A DNA stretch of 64,000 nucleotides from an uncultured Gemmatimonadales bacterium (lineage in GTDB: Bacteria > Gemmatimonadota > Gemmatimonadetes > Longimicrobiales > RSA9): positions 2,048,001 to 2,112,000 of the forward strand of contig OY970192.1 of NCBI GenBank assembly GCA_963708135.1, written 5' to 3'. Positions 54,132 through 63,845 of the stretch are shown here, in pieces. The notes below the pieces were generated by a model. It was not told the DNA's origin. It searched no databases and saw only the letters and a list, made by a program, of their open reading frames with translations. The translations under genes were made by a program, and so were the position numbers. Position 1 is the first letter of the stretch; each line of letters starts with the position of its first letter.

Positions 54132-55144
54132 GGTCGGAGCAGCACCTTTCCGAAGTTCTTCCGGTCCTGGATGTAGAGGTGCGCATCCGCCGCGCGCTCG
54201 AACGGGAAGACCCGGTCGACCACCGGCCGGAAGACGCCGTCGCCGGCGAGATCGATGATCCGGGCGAGCTCCTCGCGGAGCACCTCGGCCCGGTCCCACA
54301 GGCGGCCGACGTTCAGGCCGATCACGCCGCGATTCTCGTTCATGAGCCGGACCGGCCGGAACGCCGGCATGCGCACGAGCCCGGAGACTGCGGCGAGCAG
54401 GCTGCGCCGCTTGCCCGGCGCCAGCGCGGAGACCCCGTACAGGAAGAGCCGGCCGAGCGGCGCCAGGCACGCGTAGCTGGTCCGAGGCGAGGCCCCGCCG
54501 ATGCCGTCCAGGGCGAGGTCCACGCCGTGCCCGCCGGTCTCGCGGCGCACCGCGGCGAGCACATCGCCGCCGCGGGAATCGATGCAGCAGGCGACGCCGA
54601 GCGCGCGTAGCCGCTCGTGCTTTTCCGGCCCCGCGGTGCCGATCACGCTCGCGCCCCGCCAGAGGCAGATCTGGAGCGCCGCCTGCCCGACACCTCCGGC
54701 GGCCGAGTGCACCAGCACGCGGTCGCCGGCACGAACGCAGCCGAGCCGCACGAGCATCAGCCAGGCGGTCAGGTAGTTGACGGGGAGCGCGGCCGCTTCC
54801 TCGGTGGAGAGCGCGTCCGGAATCGGGAAGGCGAGCTGCACGGGGATGACCACGGCGTCGGAGTAGCCGCCAAAGCGCGTGAACGCGGCCGCGCGCTGCC
54901 CCGGGACCAGCCCCTGCACGCCCGGACCGGTTGCCTCGACGGTCCCCGCCACCTCGTAGCCGACGACGGCAGGCAGGCGCGGCGCATCGGGGTAGAGACC
55001 CATGCGGGCCATGATGTCGGCGAAATTGACCCCGGCGGCGGCCACTCGGATGCGGACCTCGCCCGGACCCGGATCCGGGTCCGGCGCCTCCCGCACCTCC
55101 AGGACCTCGGGGCCGCCCCGGCGGCGGATCCAGACCTGCCTCAC
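54128..55144 (-). CDS. zinc-independent MDR quinone oxidoreductase (VAT-1-like)
   Basis: GGPEVL, GVNFADIMARMGLYP, PVNYLTA, HSAAGGVG, RKNFGKVLL. Confidence 0.88.
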
Positions 55145-55193
55145 GCCCGGATCGCGCCCGGTCGCGGCGGGACGGCCGGGTGCGTGGACGCCA

Positions 55194-55601
55194 TCAGCCG
55201 ACGGGCCACGGCTGCTGCTCCAGCTCCGCCACGAGCTCCTCGTTGGTGCGCCCGGCATAGAAGGTCATGTGGTCCACCGCCTCGAGCATGGCCGCGCGCA
55301 CCTGCTCGACTCTGCGCCGGGCGGCTTCCGGGTCGTGGCGGCGCTCCAGCGCGGCCGCGTTGAGCTGCCGGACCAGCACGACGAACTCCTCGACCGCGGC
55401 GCGGAGGCCCACGTAGCGCCGCTCATCGCGGAAGAGCGGGTCCGCGAGCTTCCAGACCCCTGCCTCGATGATCAGCAGCCCGATGACGACCACGGTGACC
55501 TGCAGCGGCAGGTCCCCCGCCAGTCCCAGCACGGCGGCCAGGACGACCACGATCCCGGCAATGGGCAGCCCGATGTCGAGCAGCTTCCGGATGCGTCTCA
55601 T
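55194..55601 (-). CDS. hypothetical 2-TM protein
   Basis: GGAGAGG RBS, two TMs and a helical C-terminus. Confidence 0.65.
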   Translation of the reverse strand: MRRIRKLLDIGLPIAGIVVVLAAVLGLAGDLPLQVTVVVIGLLIIEAGVWKLADPLFRDERRYVGLRAAVEEFVVLVRQLNAAALERRHDPEAARRRVEQVRAAMLEAVDHMTFYAGRTNEELVAELEQQPWPVG

Positions 55602-55708
55602 CGTCCTCTCCCGGCTGGCGATCGCAAGAGTTGCCGCCCCGGGTGACGGCCGTGGGCGGATGCGGTAAGATGGTGCGCCGGGTCGTGCGGCGGAAGGCCA
55701 ACGCCGCC

Positions 55709-57856
55709 TCAGCGCGTGGCAAGCGCCGCGATCAGGTCCGCCAGCGCCCGCACGTCCCCGAGATCCGCGACCTCCACCGGCGAGTGCGAGTACCGGCCGG
55801 GCCAGGACAGCGGGATGTCCACCGCGCCGCCGGCCAGCCAGACCGCCCCGTCGTTGCCGCCGTTCGTCATTCCGGCCTGGATCGGGATCCCTGCCGAGTG
55901 CGCGAGCCCCAGGACTCGGTCGGCATCCGCCTCGGGCGCCACGTTGGAGCTGTCGATCACCCGAACCACCGCGCCGGCGCCGAGCGGCTGGTCCGCGAAC
56001 CGCGGCGATTCCAATGGAGCGTCGGCGGAAACGAAGGTGTCGACCGCGTACACCCGGCTCACATCCGGCATCTCCGCCGCGAGCGCGCGCGAGCCGAACA
56101 GGCCGATCTCCTCCTCGACTACCCAGGCGAACGTCTCGGTCCCCTTCACCGCCGCGGGATCGAGCGCCCGGATGGCGAGAAGCTGCGCCGTGTCACCGAC
56201 CCGGTCATCGAAGGCGCGCGCGAGCACCCGGTGCGGCCCGATCCGGAACATCCGCTTGGGCATGGTCACCTGCTGGCCCACGCGCACGCCCAGGGTCTCC
56301 GTGGCGGAGGCGCTGGTCGTCCCCACATCCACCGTGAGAGGCGACTCCGGTTCCCGCCGCTCCGCGTCCCTCCAGCCTTCGCGGGGCTCGAAGACGCCGG
56401 GCACGGCCCCGCTCGGCGTCTGCACCAGCGCCGCCTGCGCCTCCCACAGCGAGGGATAGAAGCCGCCACGCCGGCCGAGCACCAGCCGGCCGTCCGGGCG
56501 GATGGAGTCGACCACGAAGCCGACCTCGTCCATGTGCGCGACGAACACCGTATGCGGAGGGCCGCTCCCCACAGTCACGTAGAGGTTGCCCTTCGCGTCC
56601 ACCTGCGGGTGGGCCCACGCCGGCAGCCGCGAGCGGATAGCCTCCCGCACCTGCGTCTCGTGGCCGCTCACGCCGTAGCCCTCGACGAGCGAGCCGAGGA
56701 TGCCCGCCGCCTCCGAATCCGCCGGCGCCGTGGCCGGCTCGACGAGCGCGACGGACTGCGAGAGCGGCGGGATCTTCGCCCGGGCGGAGGCCTTGCCGCC
56801 CGCAGCCATGAGAAAGACGTCCGCCAGACGTGCCACATCCGCCAGCGCGACCGTCTCGACGGGGGTATCAGCATACCTCGTGGGCAGGCCGATGTAGCCC
56901 ACGCGCGCGCCGCTCCAGGCCGGTCCGCCCGTGTACGCGGCCGGCGGCGGCGCAAGATGGGGAGCGGTCGTAACGCCCGTGAGCGTCGCCGCGGCACCGG
57001 CGGCGAGCGGGCCGCTCCCCGGCTCGGGCAGCGGGGCGGCCTTCAGGTCGCGTCCCGTGCCCGTCCAGCCGAAGCCGTCGCTCGCGAGCAGAGCCTCCTG
57101 AAACGGCCCGTGCGCGGCCACGACGTGCTCCAGCCCCTTCCGGCCCATGATCTCCCGGGTGGTCCAGGCGAACACGGCCGTCCCCCGCACGCCTCCCCCG
57201 GCCGCGCGCCGGGCGGCGTCCACGAGCGCCATGCAGGCCGCCTTCCGTGCGGCGGCGGGCGCCGCCACGAGTCCGCCTGCGAGCTCCGTCGGGCGGCGGA
57301 GCAGCGCCACCGGGTCGAGGATCCGGATCCCGAGCGCGCGGACGTCGGCGGCGCTACCCGCGCCCACATCCACATACGCGTCGTCGAGCGTGAAGGGTGG
57401 ATCGCCGCCCGCCCGGCTGCGGTGCAGATGGGTCGAGCGCACCCCCACCGCCGCGGGGACCGGCCCACGCCGTGTCACGATCTCGGCCGTCTGACCCTCC
57501 ACGAATTGATCAACGAGCGCCCCCCGCGGAGGGCGCCCGACGCGATCGAGGCGTAGATAGCCATCGTCCTGGATCCCAGAGACCACGTACCCGGCCTCGT
57601 CCATGGGGCAGGCCAGCAGCCGCCGCGGCATCCCGCTGCCGACGGTCAGCGTCAGGTCGCCAAGCGCATCGGTCCGTACGGGCAGCGCGCCCAGCCGCGC
57701 CCGCACGTAGCGCATCGCCCACCCCTCGCGGCCCGACACGGCAATCGTCCGGAGCAGTCCGTCCAGCTCCGCGGAGAGGCTCGGCGGCGCCGGGCGCGGC
57801 GGCAGGGGTGCGGCAGCGCCGAGCGCGACCAGAAGCAGCAGGCGGGCGAGATCCAT
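55709..57856 (-). CDS. exported tandem M42/M20-clan metallopeptidase
   Basis: Signal peptide; two M42-like units; the C-terminal one has AHMDE, FDDR, EEEIG, D, HS. Confidence 0.85.
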   Translation of the reverse strand: MDLARLLLLVALGAAAPLPPRPAPPSLSAELDGLLRTIAVSGREGWAMRYVRARLGALPVRTDALGDLTLTVGSGMPRRLLACPMDEAGYVVSGIQDDGYLRLDRVGRPPRGALVDQFVEGQTAEIVTRRGPVPAAVGVRSTHLHRSRAGGDPPFTLDDAYVDVGAGSAADVRALGIRILDPVALLRRPTELAGGLVAAPAAARKAACMALVDAARRAAGGGVRGTAVFAWTTREIMGRKGLEHVVAAHGPFQEALLASDGFGWTGTGRDLKAAPLPEPGSGPLAAGAAATLTGVTTAPHLAPPPAAYTGGPAWSGARVGYIGLPTRYADTPVETVALADVARLADVFLMAAGGKASARAKIPPLSQSVALVEPATAPADSEAAGILGSLVEGYGVSGHETQVREAIRSRLPAWAHPQVDAKGNLYVTVGSGPPHTVFVAHMDEVGFVVDSIRPDGRLVLGRRGGFYPSLWEAQAALVQTPSGAVPGVFEPREGWRDAERREPESPLTVDVGTTSASATETLGVRVGQQVTMPKRMFRIGPHRVLARAFDDRVGDTAQLLAIRALDPAAVKGTETFAWVVEEEIGLFGSRALAAEMPDVSRVYAVDTFVSADAPLESPRFADQPLGAGAVVRVIDSSNVAPEADADRVLGLAHSAGIPIQAGMTNGGNDGAVWLAGGAVDIPLSWPGRYSHSPVEVADLGDVRALADLIAALATR

Positions 57857-57858
57857 GG

Positions 57859-59655
57859 TCACCGTTCGGTCGGAGAGATAAAGGGGCGCCCCGAGGCGGG
57901 TGGGGCCGGTGAGGGTGTACGGCGCACCGCGGCGGTCCGCCCATCCCGGGGACCGCGACAGCCGCAGAGCACACGGACGTAGCGCACGAGCGCGCGGATC
58001 TGCACGGAATCGAGCGTCTGCCCGAACGCCGGCATCCCCGGGCTGCGACCGATCGAGGGCCCGCCGCCCGATATCGCGGCGAACAGCTGGGCATCGGTGC
58101 GCCTCGCCATGGTAGAGGAGTCGGCTTGATCGCCGGGTGGAACCGACAAGAAAGGCGCATCGAAGCCATGCCCCCGCCCGTCGATGCCGTGACAGGGTGC
58201 GCATGCGCGCCCGTACAGCTCCCGGACCCCCGTTCTCCGCGTTGGAACGAGGATCGGATTCCGCGTGAGATCGAGGTAACCCTGCGCTGCCGGCCCCGTG
58301 CGCTGCCGCAGCAGGACATCGCCCAGCACCGCGAGCTCCGCCGAATCGAGCGGGGAGCGCGGCATGTTGGACCAGGGAGCGAGATGCCGCGGATCAGCCA
58401 ACACGGCGCGCACGTACGCGCGCTGCAGGCGCGAGCGGACGTCCGAGAGGTCGGGTCCGATTCGGCCGCCGCGGCCGCCCAGTGCATGGCAGCCGAGGCA
58501 GGCGGCCCGGCGCGACAGGAGGCTGTCGGCCCGCGTCCTCCTGGCGCCGCTGAGTGACGCGCTGCCTTCCAGCTTCTCCGCGCCCTGCGCGACGCCGCCA
58601 TCCAGCCGCATCAGATACGCGGCCAGCGAGTCCGCATCGTCCTGTGACAGCCTGAAGTCAGGCATCCGGCTGCCCGAGCCCGGATAGGCACCATAGGGCC
58701 GGATCGCCGTCGGATGGAGAAGCCAGCCGCGCAGCCACTCGGAGCGCACTCGCGCGCCCTCCCCCGCGAGGTCGGGGCCGGCCCGCCACGCCTGCTGTGG
58801 CGACCGAAGGTGGCATCCGGCGCAGTCCAGCGCGGCGAAGATGCGCCCGCCCATCGTCGCATTCACGTCGGGGTTGGCGCGACGCGCGGCGGCGAGCGCA
58901 TCCTCCTGGGCCCTCGCCGTGTCCTTCTCCAGCCGGAAGATGTAGTCGACGAGCGCGGTGATCTGACGCGCCGGCTCGGCGACGTACGCGCGAAGGCCGG
59001 CGCCCTCCGGGCGATAGAAGAACGCCGGCATCGGGGATTGCGGATCGTAGCTTCGCGGCCAGGCCAGGAAACGCTCCATCCAGTCGTGCCGCAGCCGACG
59101 CCCCTGTCGCGACAGATCGAGCGCGAACGGGCCGCCCACGCCACGAAACAGGTGGCAGCCGGTGCAGTTGTGGCGGGCGAGGACCGTGGGTCCCGATGAG
59201 GCGTCGCCGGCGCCATTCACGGCGGCCGGCCAGCGCGGCGGCGGCGGGGAGATCCGCGTCTGGCGCTCGAGGTAGAGCGTGAGAGCCAGTGCCTCGCGGC
59301 TGCTCAGATGGAAATCGGGCATCCGGCTGCGCCCGATATGGCGGCGCACCCGGCCGGGGTCTCGCAGGTAGCGGAAGAGATAGCCCGGCTGGTACTTCAG
59401 GCCGGCGTAGATCAGGTCCGGCGCCCGCGTCGCCATCGCCCCGGACCAGGGAAGCCCCGTGTGGCACGCGGCGCACCCGAAGTCCCCAGCGAGGAGGGCG
59501 CCGGACGCAGGCCCGATGGTGAGATTTCGGGCCGCCGCCGTGTTGACCACGCCCGGCGGGGCCTTCTGAAACCGCATGTGCTGCTGCGCACGAGCCGGCC
59601 CGGCCCCTGCCGCGAGGAGCGCGGCGATCGCCGCCAGACTCCGACCGGCCTTCAT
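57859..59655 (-). CDS. pentaheme c-type cytochrome
   Basis: Signal peptide; CAACH, CTGCH, CAGCH, CLGCH, CAPCH, each followed by an MP motif. Confidence 0.9.
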   Translation of the reverse strand: MKAGRSLAAIAALLAAGAGPARAQQHMRFQKAPPGVVNTAAARNLTIGPASGALLAGDFGCAACHTGLPWSGAMATRAPDLIYAGLKYQPGYLFRYLRDPGRVRRHIGRSRMPDFHLSSREALALTLYLERQTRISPPPPRWPAAVNGAGDASSGPTVLARHNCTGCHLFRGVGGPFALDLSRQGRRLRHDWMERFLAWPRSYDPQSPMPAFFYRPEGAGLRAYVAEPARQITALVDYIFRLEKDTARAQEDALAAARRANPDVNATMGGRIFAALDCAGCHLRSPQQAWRAGPDLAGEGARVRSEWLRGWLLHPTAIRPYGAYPGSGSRMPDFRLSQDDADSLAAYLMRLDGGVAQGAEKLEGSASLSGARRTRADSLLSRRAACLGCHALGGRGGRIGPDLSDVRSRLQRAYVRAVLADPRHLAPWSNMPRSPLDSAELAVLGDVLLRQRTGPAAQGYLDLTRNPILVPTRRTGVRELYGRACAPCHGIDGRGHGFDAPFLSVPPGDQADSSTMARRTDAQLFAAISGGGPSIGRSPGMPAFGQTLDSVQIRALVRYVRVLCGCRGPRDGRTAAVRRTPSPAPPASGRPFISPTER

Positions 59656-59674
59656 GGCCCCGGCCCCCTGCTCC

Positions 59675-61228
59675 CTAGCGCCTGGCCCCGAAATCGACGT
59701 ACCCCCGGTGCTCGTCCACCTCGAGCAGCTGCACGTCCACGCGGTCGCCGACGTCCAGACCCCGTTCTCCCCGGATGACGCGGCCCTCGACCGGCGGCTG
59801 CAGCAGGCGCACCCACGTTCCCTTCGGCGATGCGCCCGTGACGATCGCAGGGAACCACTCGCCGACGTGCTCGGCCATCAGGTGCGCCGCGGCGATCTTC
59901 CGCGCAAGCCGCTCGACCCTCTGCGCCGCGTCCTCCATCGCCGTGCAGCGCTCGGCGAGGGTCCTGAGCTCCAGGTCCGTGTAGGGCATGGGCCCGCCCG
60001 CGAGCACAGCCTTGACCAGCCGCTGCGTGAGCAGGTCGGCGTAACGCCGGTTGGGCGCCGTCGAATGCGTATAGTCCTCGACCGCGAGGCCGAAATGTCC
60101 CTCCAGGTCCTCGCCACGGCGCTCAAGCACGTACTCGCCGCGTCCCAGCAGCTTGACCACCGCGAGCGAGAGATCGGGGAACCGGAGCGGGTCCGCCCGC
60201 CGCTGCGCGCGCAGAAAGGCGGCCAGCGCCTCTCTGTCCGGCTCGGCCGGCAGATGGCCGCCGTGACCCGCCGCCAGCTCCACGATTCGCGCCCAGCGGC
60301 GCGGCTTGCGCACCATCCGCCGGATCCACGAGACATCGTGGGCCTCGAGGAACTCCGCGATGGCCGTGTTCGCGGCGATCATGAAGTCCTCGATCAGCTC
60401 GCTGGCCCGGGTCTTCGGGCGGACCTCGAGGTCGATGACGTGCCCATCGTCGAGGATCGGCCGCGCCTCGATCGTCTCGAGCTCCAGCGCGCCGCGGCTC
60501 TCGCGCTGCGCCCGCAACCGCTGCGCCGCCTCGTCCTGCAGGCGGAGCTGCTGGTCCAGCCCGGCGAGGGCAGCCGCCGCCGCGGGCAGCGGCCCCTGCC
60601 CCAGCAGCCAGGCGCCCAGACTCCCGTAATCCAGCTGTGCCCGGTTGTGCACCATCGCGCGGTACAGGCGCGCCGAGTGGCAGCTCCCGTCCTCGCAGAC
60701 CATGAATTCCGCCACCAGCCCGAGCCGATCCTCACCCGGATTCAGCAATGTGAGGCCCGTCGACAGCGCCTCCGGGAGCATGGGATAGACCGCGCCGCCG
60801 GCGTAGACCGATGTGGTGTTCGTCCCTGCGTGAACATCAATGGGAGACTCCTTCGGGACCAGCGCGTCCACGTCGGCCACGCCCACGCGAACGAGGATGT
60901 CTCCGCCCGGGCCTGCCTCCGCCACCTCGATCTGGTCCAGGTCCCGGCTCTCGCGGTTGTCGATCGATGACCACGGCAGCGCCCTCAGGTCCCGAACATC
61001 GCCCTCCCCGGCCACCGCCGGCCCCGTGCGCTCGAGCTCGGCCAGCTGCGCGCGCGCCGCCGCGCTCAGCTCGACCTCGAACCCCTTCTCCCGGAGCGCC
61101 GCGATCGTGGCCGCCTCCAGGTCCCGGCGCCCGATGAAGTGGGTAACCGGATGCCCGCTCCCCGCGTGCGCGCCAGCCGCCGAGCGCCGGCCCTTCCGGC
61201 GCCGGTGGTGGCGATCACCGCGGGGCAT
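59675..61228 (-). CDS. RNB-domain (RNase II/R family) exoribonuclease
   Basis: SIDNRESRDLDQ, IEDFMIAAN, HFGLA, YTHSTAPNRRYADL, C-terminal S1; start uncertain. Confidence 0.88.
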   Translation of the reverse strand: MPRGDRHHRRRKGRRSAAGAHAGSGHPVTHFIGRRDLEAATIAALREKGFEVELSAAARAQLAELERTGPAVAGEGDVRDLRALPWSSIDNRESRDLDQIEVAEAGPGGDILVRVGVADVDALVPKESPIDVHAGTNTTSVYAGGAVYPMLPEALSTGLTLLNPGEDRLGLVAEFMVCEDGSCHSARLYRAMVHNRAQLDYGSLGAWLLGQGPLPAAAAALAGLDQQLRLQDEAAQRLRAQRESRGALELETIEARPILDDGHVIDLEVRPKTRASELIEDFMIAANTAIAEFLEAHDVSWIRRMVRKPRRWARIVELAAGHGGHLPAEPDREALAAFLRAQRRADPLRFPDLSLAVVKLLGRGEYVLERRGEDLEGHFGLAVEDYTHSTAPNRRYADLLTQRLVKAVLAGGPMPYTDLELRTLAERCTAMEDAAQRVERLARKIAAAHLMAEHVGEWFPAIVTGASPKGTWVRLLQPPVEGRVIRGERGLDVGDRVDVQLLEVDEHRGYVDFGARR

Positions 61229-61467
61229 GTGGCTCGGTCCGGCTTCGGGCGCGCATGGCTCCTCCGTACGGTGGAGATGTGGACTGACCTGCGGAGGAGC
61301 TATCCTAGGGGGTGAGCCTCGGCGCTGCAACGACCCGTGCAGGCGCCTGGAGCTCGCGAGCTCACCGGGTGGGTGGATGGCCCCCGACAAGAGAACGCCC
61401 GCGAGCCCGGCATTGCCGGACCCGCGGGCCTGGTCCCTTGTTCGGAAAACTCGGCTCTACTGCGTCG

Positions 61468-62139
61468 TCAGCCGTTCTCGACGTCTACGCCACGACGCCG
61501 ACGACGGATCGCACCGATGCCCAGCAGGCCCGTCGCCAGAAGGATGCTGGAAACCGGCTCCGGCGTCGTCGTGGTCGGCGTGCCGCAGGTCGCCGGATCC
61601 GGCGCGCTGCCGACGTTGCCCGGAGCGCCTGTCGCCAGCTTGATCGAGCAGCTGGTGTTGTTGTAGGCCTGGATGTGGCCGTTGATGAAGTACGTCCCAT
61701 TCGTCAGGTAGGCGCCCACGTCCGTGTTCGTCATGAACGTGAAGGTCAGCGTCTGGCCCGGCATGAGGCCCGTCCCCACCGGCGGCGGAGTCGAGGCCGC
61801 GCAGACCTGCGTCGTCCCCGGCAGGTCCGAACAGTGCGAATCGCTCCCCGTGTACACGAGGAAGTCGTTCGCCGCGCCGGAGCCACTCGCGGTCCCCGCC
61901 GTGAAGAACGAGCCGCCGCCGTAGATCCCGACAGCGGTCAGGACGCCGGCGGCCGACGCTGCGTCGTAGGTGACCGTCATCGTCCATGTGCCCCCCGAGC
62001 CGGTGAGGCCGAAGTCGAAGCACAGGGAGAACCCGGACACGCACACGTCACTCGCGGACCAGTCGGTCGCCCGCGCGCTGGCAGGCACGAGGGCAAGGGC
62101 CGCCGCGACGGCCATTACCGGCAAGAATCGTTTCGTCAT
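61468..62139 (-). CDS. PEP-CTERM sorting-domain protein B
   Basis: Signal peptide ending SARA; Cys/Thr-rich; TTTTPEPVS + TM + RRRRR. Confidence 0.92.
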   Translation of the reverse strand: MTKRFLPVMAVAAALALVPASARATDWSASDVCVSGFSLCFDFGLTGSGGTWTMTVTYDAASAAGVLTAVGIYGGGSFFTAGTASGSGAANDFLVYTGSDSHCSDLPGTTQVCAASTPPPVGTGLMPGQTLTFTFMTNTDVGAYLTNGTYFINGHIQAYNNTSCSIKLATGAPGNVGSAPDPATCGTPTTTTPEPVSSILLATGLLGIGAIRRRRRGVDVENG

Positions 62140-62636
62140 GTCCTAGCCCTCCTCTTAAGGGACCTCAGTGAAAACAGTGCGGCAGCCAGATAGCCGCCTC
62201 CGAACGCCACTCCCATCAGGCTCGTCCGCGCAATGCCTCGCCGAACTCCAACCGCCACCGCCGTCCGGGCACTCGCCCGCAGCGCCAGCGGCACGTCCAG
62301 CAGGAAGACCACGTAGACCCCGAGCACCGCGACCGCCGCGAGGATCAGCACCACGGTCATTGTGACGATCCCCCAGCGGACCCCGCGGGCCAGGAACGAC
62401 CCGAGCATCGCCGCCAATCCCACCGTGAGGACCGGCAACAGCGCGAAGCTTGCCCCGATCGTCGCGAACTCCCACTCCGGCGAACCCAGCCCCAGCGGGT
62501 ACCAGTTCACCAGAATGTCGCCCAAGCCCACCAGCGCGAGCAGAAGACCGAACCAGCCGATGGCCTTCCACGCGGTGTCGGCCGACGGCCGAACGTCAGG
62601 CCGCTTTGCCTGCGGCTCCGGGAGGGTGACTCTCAT
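62136..62636 (-). CDS. 4-TM membrane protein B (HpsJ-like by inference)
   Basis: GWFGLLLAL..LGD....YPLGLGSPEWEFATIG....LPVL..GL; FLLD. Confidence 0.7.
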   Translation of the reverse strand: MRVTLPEPQAKRPDVRPSADTAWKAIGWFGLLLALVGLGDILVNWYPLGLGSPEWEFATIGASFALLPVLTVGLAAMLGSFLARGVRWGIVTMTVVLILAAVAVLGVYVVFLLDVPLALRASARTAVAVGVRRGIARTSLMGVAFGGGYLAAALFSLRSLKRRART

Positions 62637-62743
62637 ACCAGGTCTCTCATCTCCGGCGGGCACGACCGCCGTAGCACAAGCTCTTCCTGGCGCTCATCGA
62701 TTCCGGAGCACGACCGGACCGACGGAACTCGGGAAAGCCTGGG

Positions 62744-62759
62744 TGCAAGGCGCATGCCC
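62744..62759 (-). promoter_or_regulatory. sigma54 promoter GGGCATGCGCCTTGCA
   Basis: GGCAT-N5-TTGCA about 110 nt upstream of 62636. Confidence 0.72.
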
Positions 62760-62842
62760 TGCCAAGTGGTCGGGTGAATGGGACAAACTCCTTGCGGCTC
62801 AATGACAATGACCTTCAACGCAACGCTCCGAGAGACGACACC

Positions 62843-62860
62843 TGTGGCGAGACCGCAACA
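62843..62860. promoter_or_regulatory. candidate enhancer site TGT-N12-ACA
   Basis: TGTGGCGAGACCGCAACA imperfect palindrome about 85 bp upstream of the sigma54 site. Confidence 0.5.
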
Positions 62861-62991
62861 ACCCGCCACCACGCCTGGATGTCTCCTCTTTGCTCGGAAG
62901 CCGGCGGATGGGGCCTGCCCGACGCCGGCCGGACCTCCTGTGGACCGCCTACGCTCCGCTCCAGCGGCGCGACATCCTGGTCGCGGCCAGC

Positions 62992-63807
62992 CTAGTGACG
63001 AGCCAGCAAGGCGACGAGGGCAATCACCGGACCGGCAAGGTACGTGAGCACCCGGACCGTCTGCCACCCGTTCTTCGGCTCCGGCACGACGATGCGATCG
63101 CCGGCGCGGAGGCTGAGCTCATCGAGCGTGCGGCCCTCGGTGATCATCTGCTGCAGCGCGTCGCCCTGCCAGATGCTGCGGCCGGCCCGCTCGATCTTGA
63201 TGTCCGAGATCCTGGCTCCTGGCGCGGGCCCACCGGCAGCCATCAGCGCGTCGGTGAGCAGGGATTCCGATGGAAGCACGTAGAACCCGGGCTGCTTGAT
63301 CGCGCCGACGATGGACACGCGCAGCAGGGAGCGCGCGTGCACCACCGGATCGCGCACGTAGCGGGCGATCTCCTTTGTCAGGTATGGCTCGAGCTCGGAG
63401 CGGAGCACCCCCTTCAGCTGCACGCCGCCGACCATGGGGAGCGTGAGCACCCTGCCGGTCCCCACGGTGAAGGTGTCGGTGAGCGCCTGCTGGCCCTCGA
63501 CCACGAGCTGGACGCGGTCTCCGACCTGGAGATCCCCCTCGGCGAGCCGGGCGCGGATCAGTGTGGCCTCCTCGCCGGCGCGCGCGCGGAAAGCGGCGCT
63601 GTAGCCCTTCGATTCGCCCACCTGGGTGTACTCGGTGAGGAGCTTCTGGAGCTCCGCCCGGCTGACCTGGGTCTTCGCGGGGTCGGGCGCCGCGGGGGCC
63701 GCCGTGGCCTGCGCGCGCGCCTCGCCCGCCGCGAGCGCGAGGGAGAGCGCGGCTAGAACGGCCGCGCGCCTGCGGAGCCTCGTACCAGCTCCTGCGTTGT
63801 GCTGCAT
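62992..63807 (-). CDS. polysaccharide export (Wza/OPX-like) protein with SLBB domain
   Basis: LQVGDRVQL, LTLPMVGGVQLKG, GAIKQPGFY, DALMAAGG, LRAGDRIVVP. Confidence 0.85.
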   Translation of the reverse strand: MQHNAGAGTRLRRRAAVLAALSLALAAGEARAQATAAPAAPDPAKTQVSRAELQKLLTEYTQVGESKGYSAAFRARAGEEATLIRARLAEGDLQVGDRVQLVVEGQQALTDTFTVGTGRVLTLPMVGGVQLKGVLRSELEPYLTKEIARYVRDPVVHARSLLRVSIVGAIKQPGFYVLPSESLLTDALMAAGGPAPGARISDIKIERAGRSIWQGDALQQMITEGRTLDELSLRAGDRIVVPEPKNGWQTVRVLTYLAGPVIALVALLARH

Positions 63808-63845
63808 CCAGTCCACTCTTTCCAGTGACTGCGTGGTCTGCGGGG

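Noticed and set aside
61326..61343. sigma54-like site upstream of the RNB gene
   Set aside because: Lacks the invariant GG at the correct 10-nt spacing from GC.
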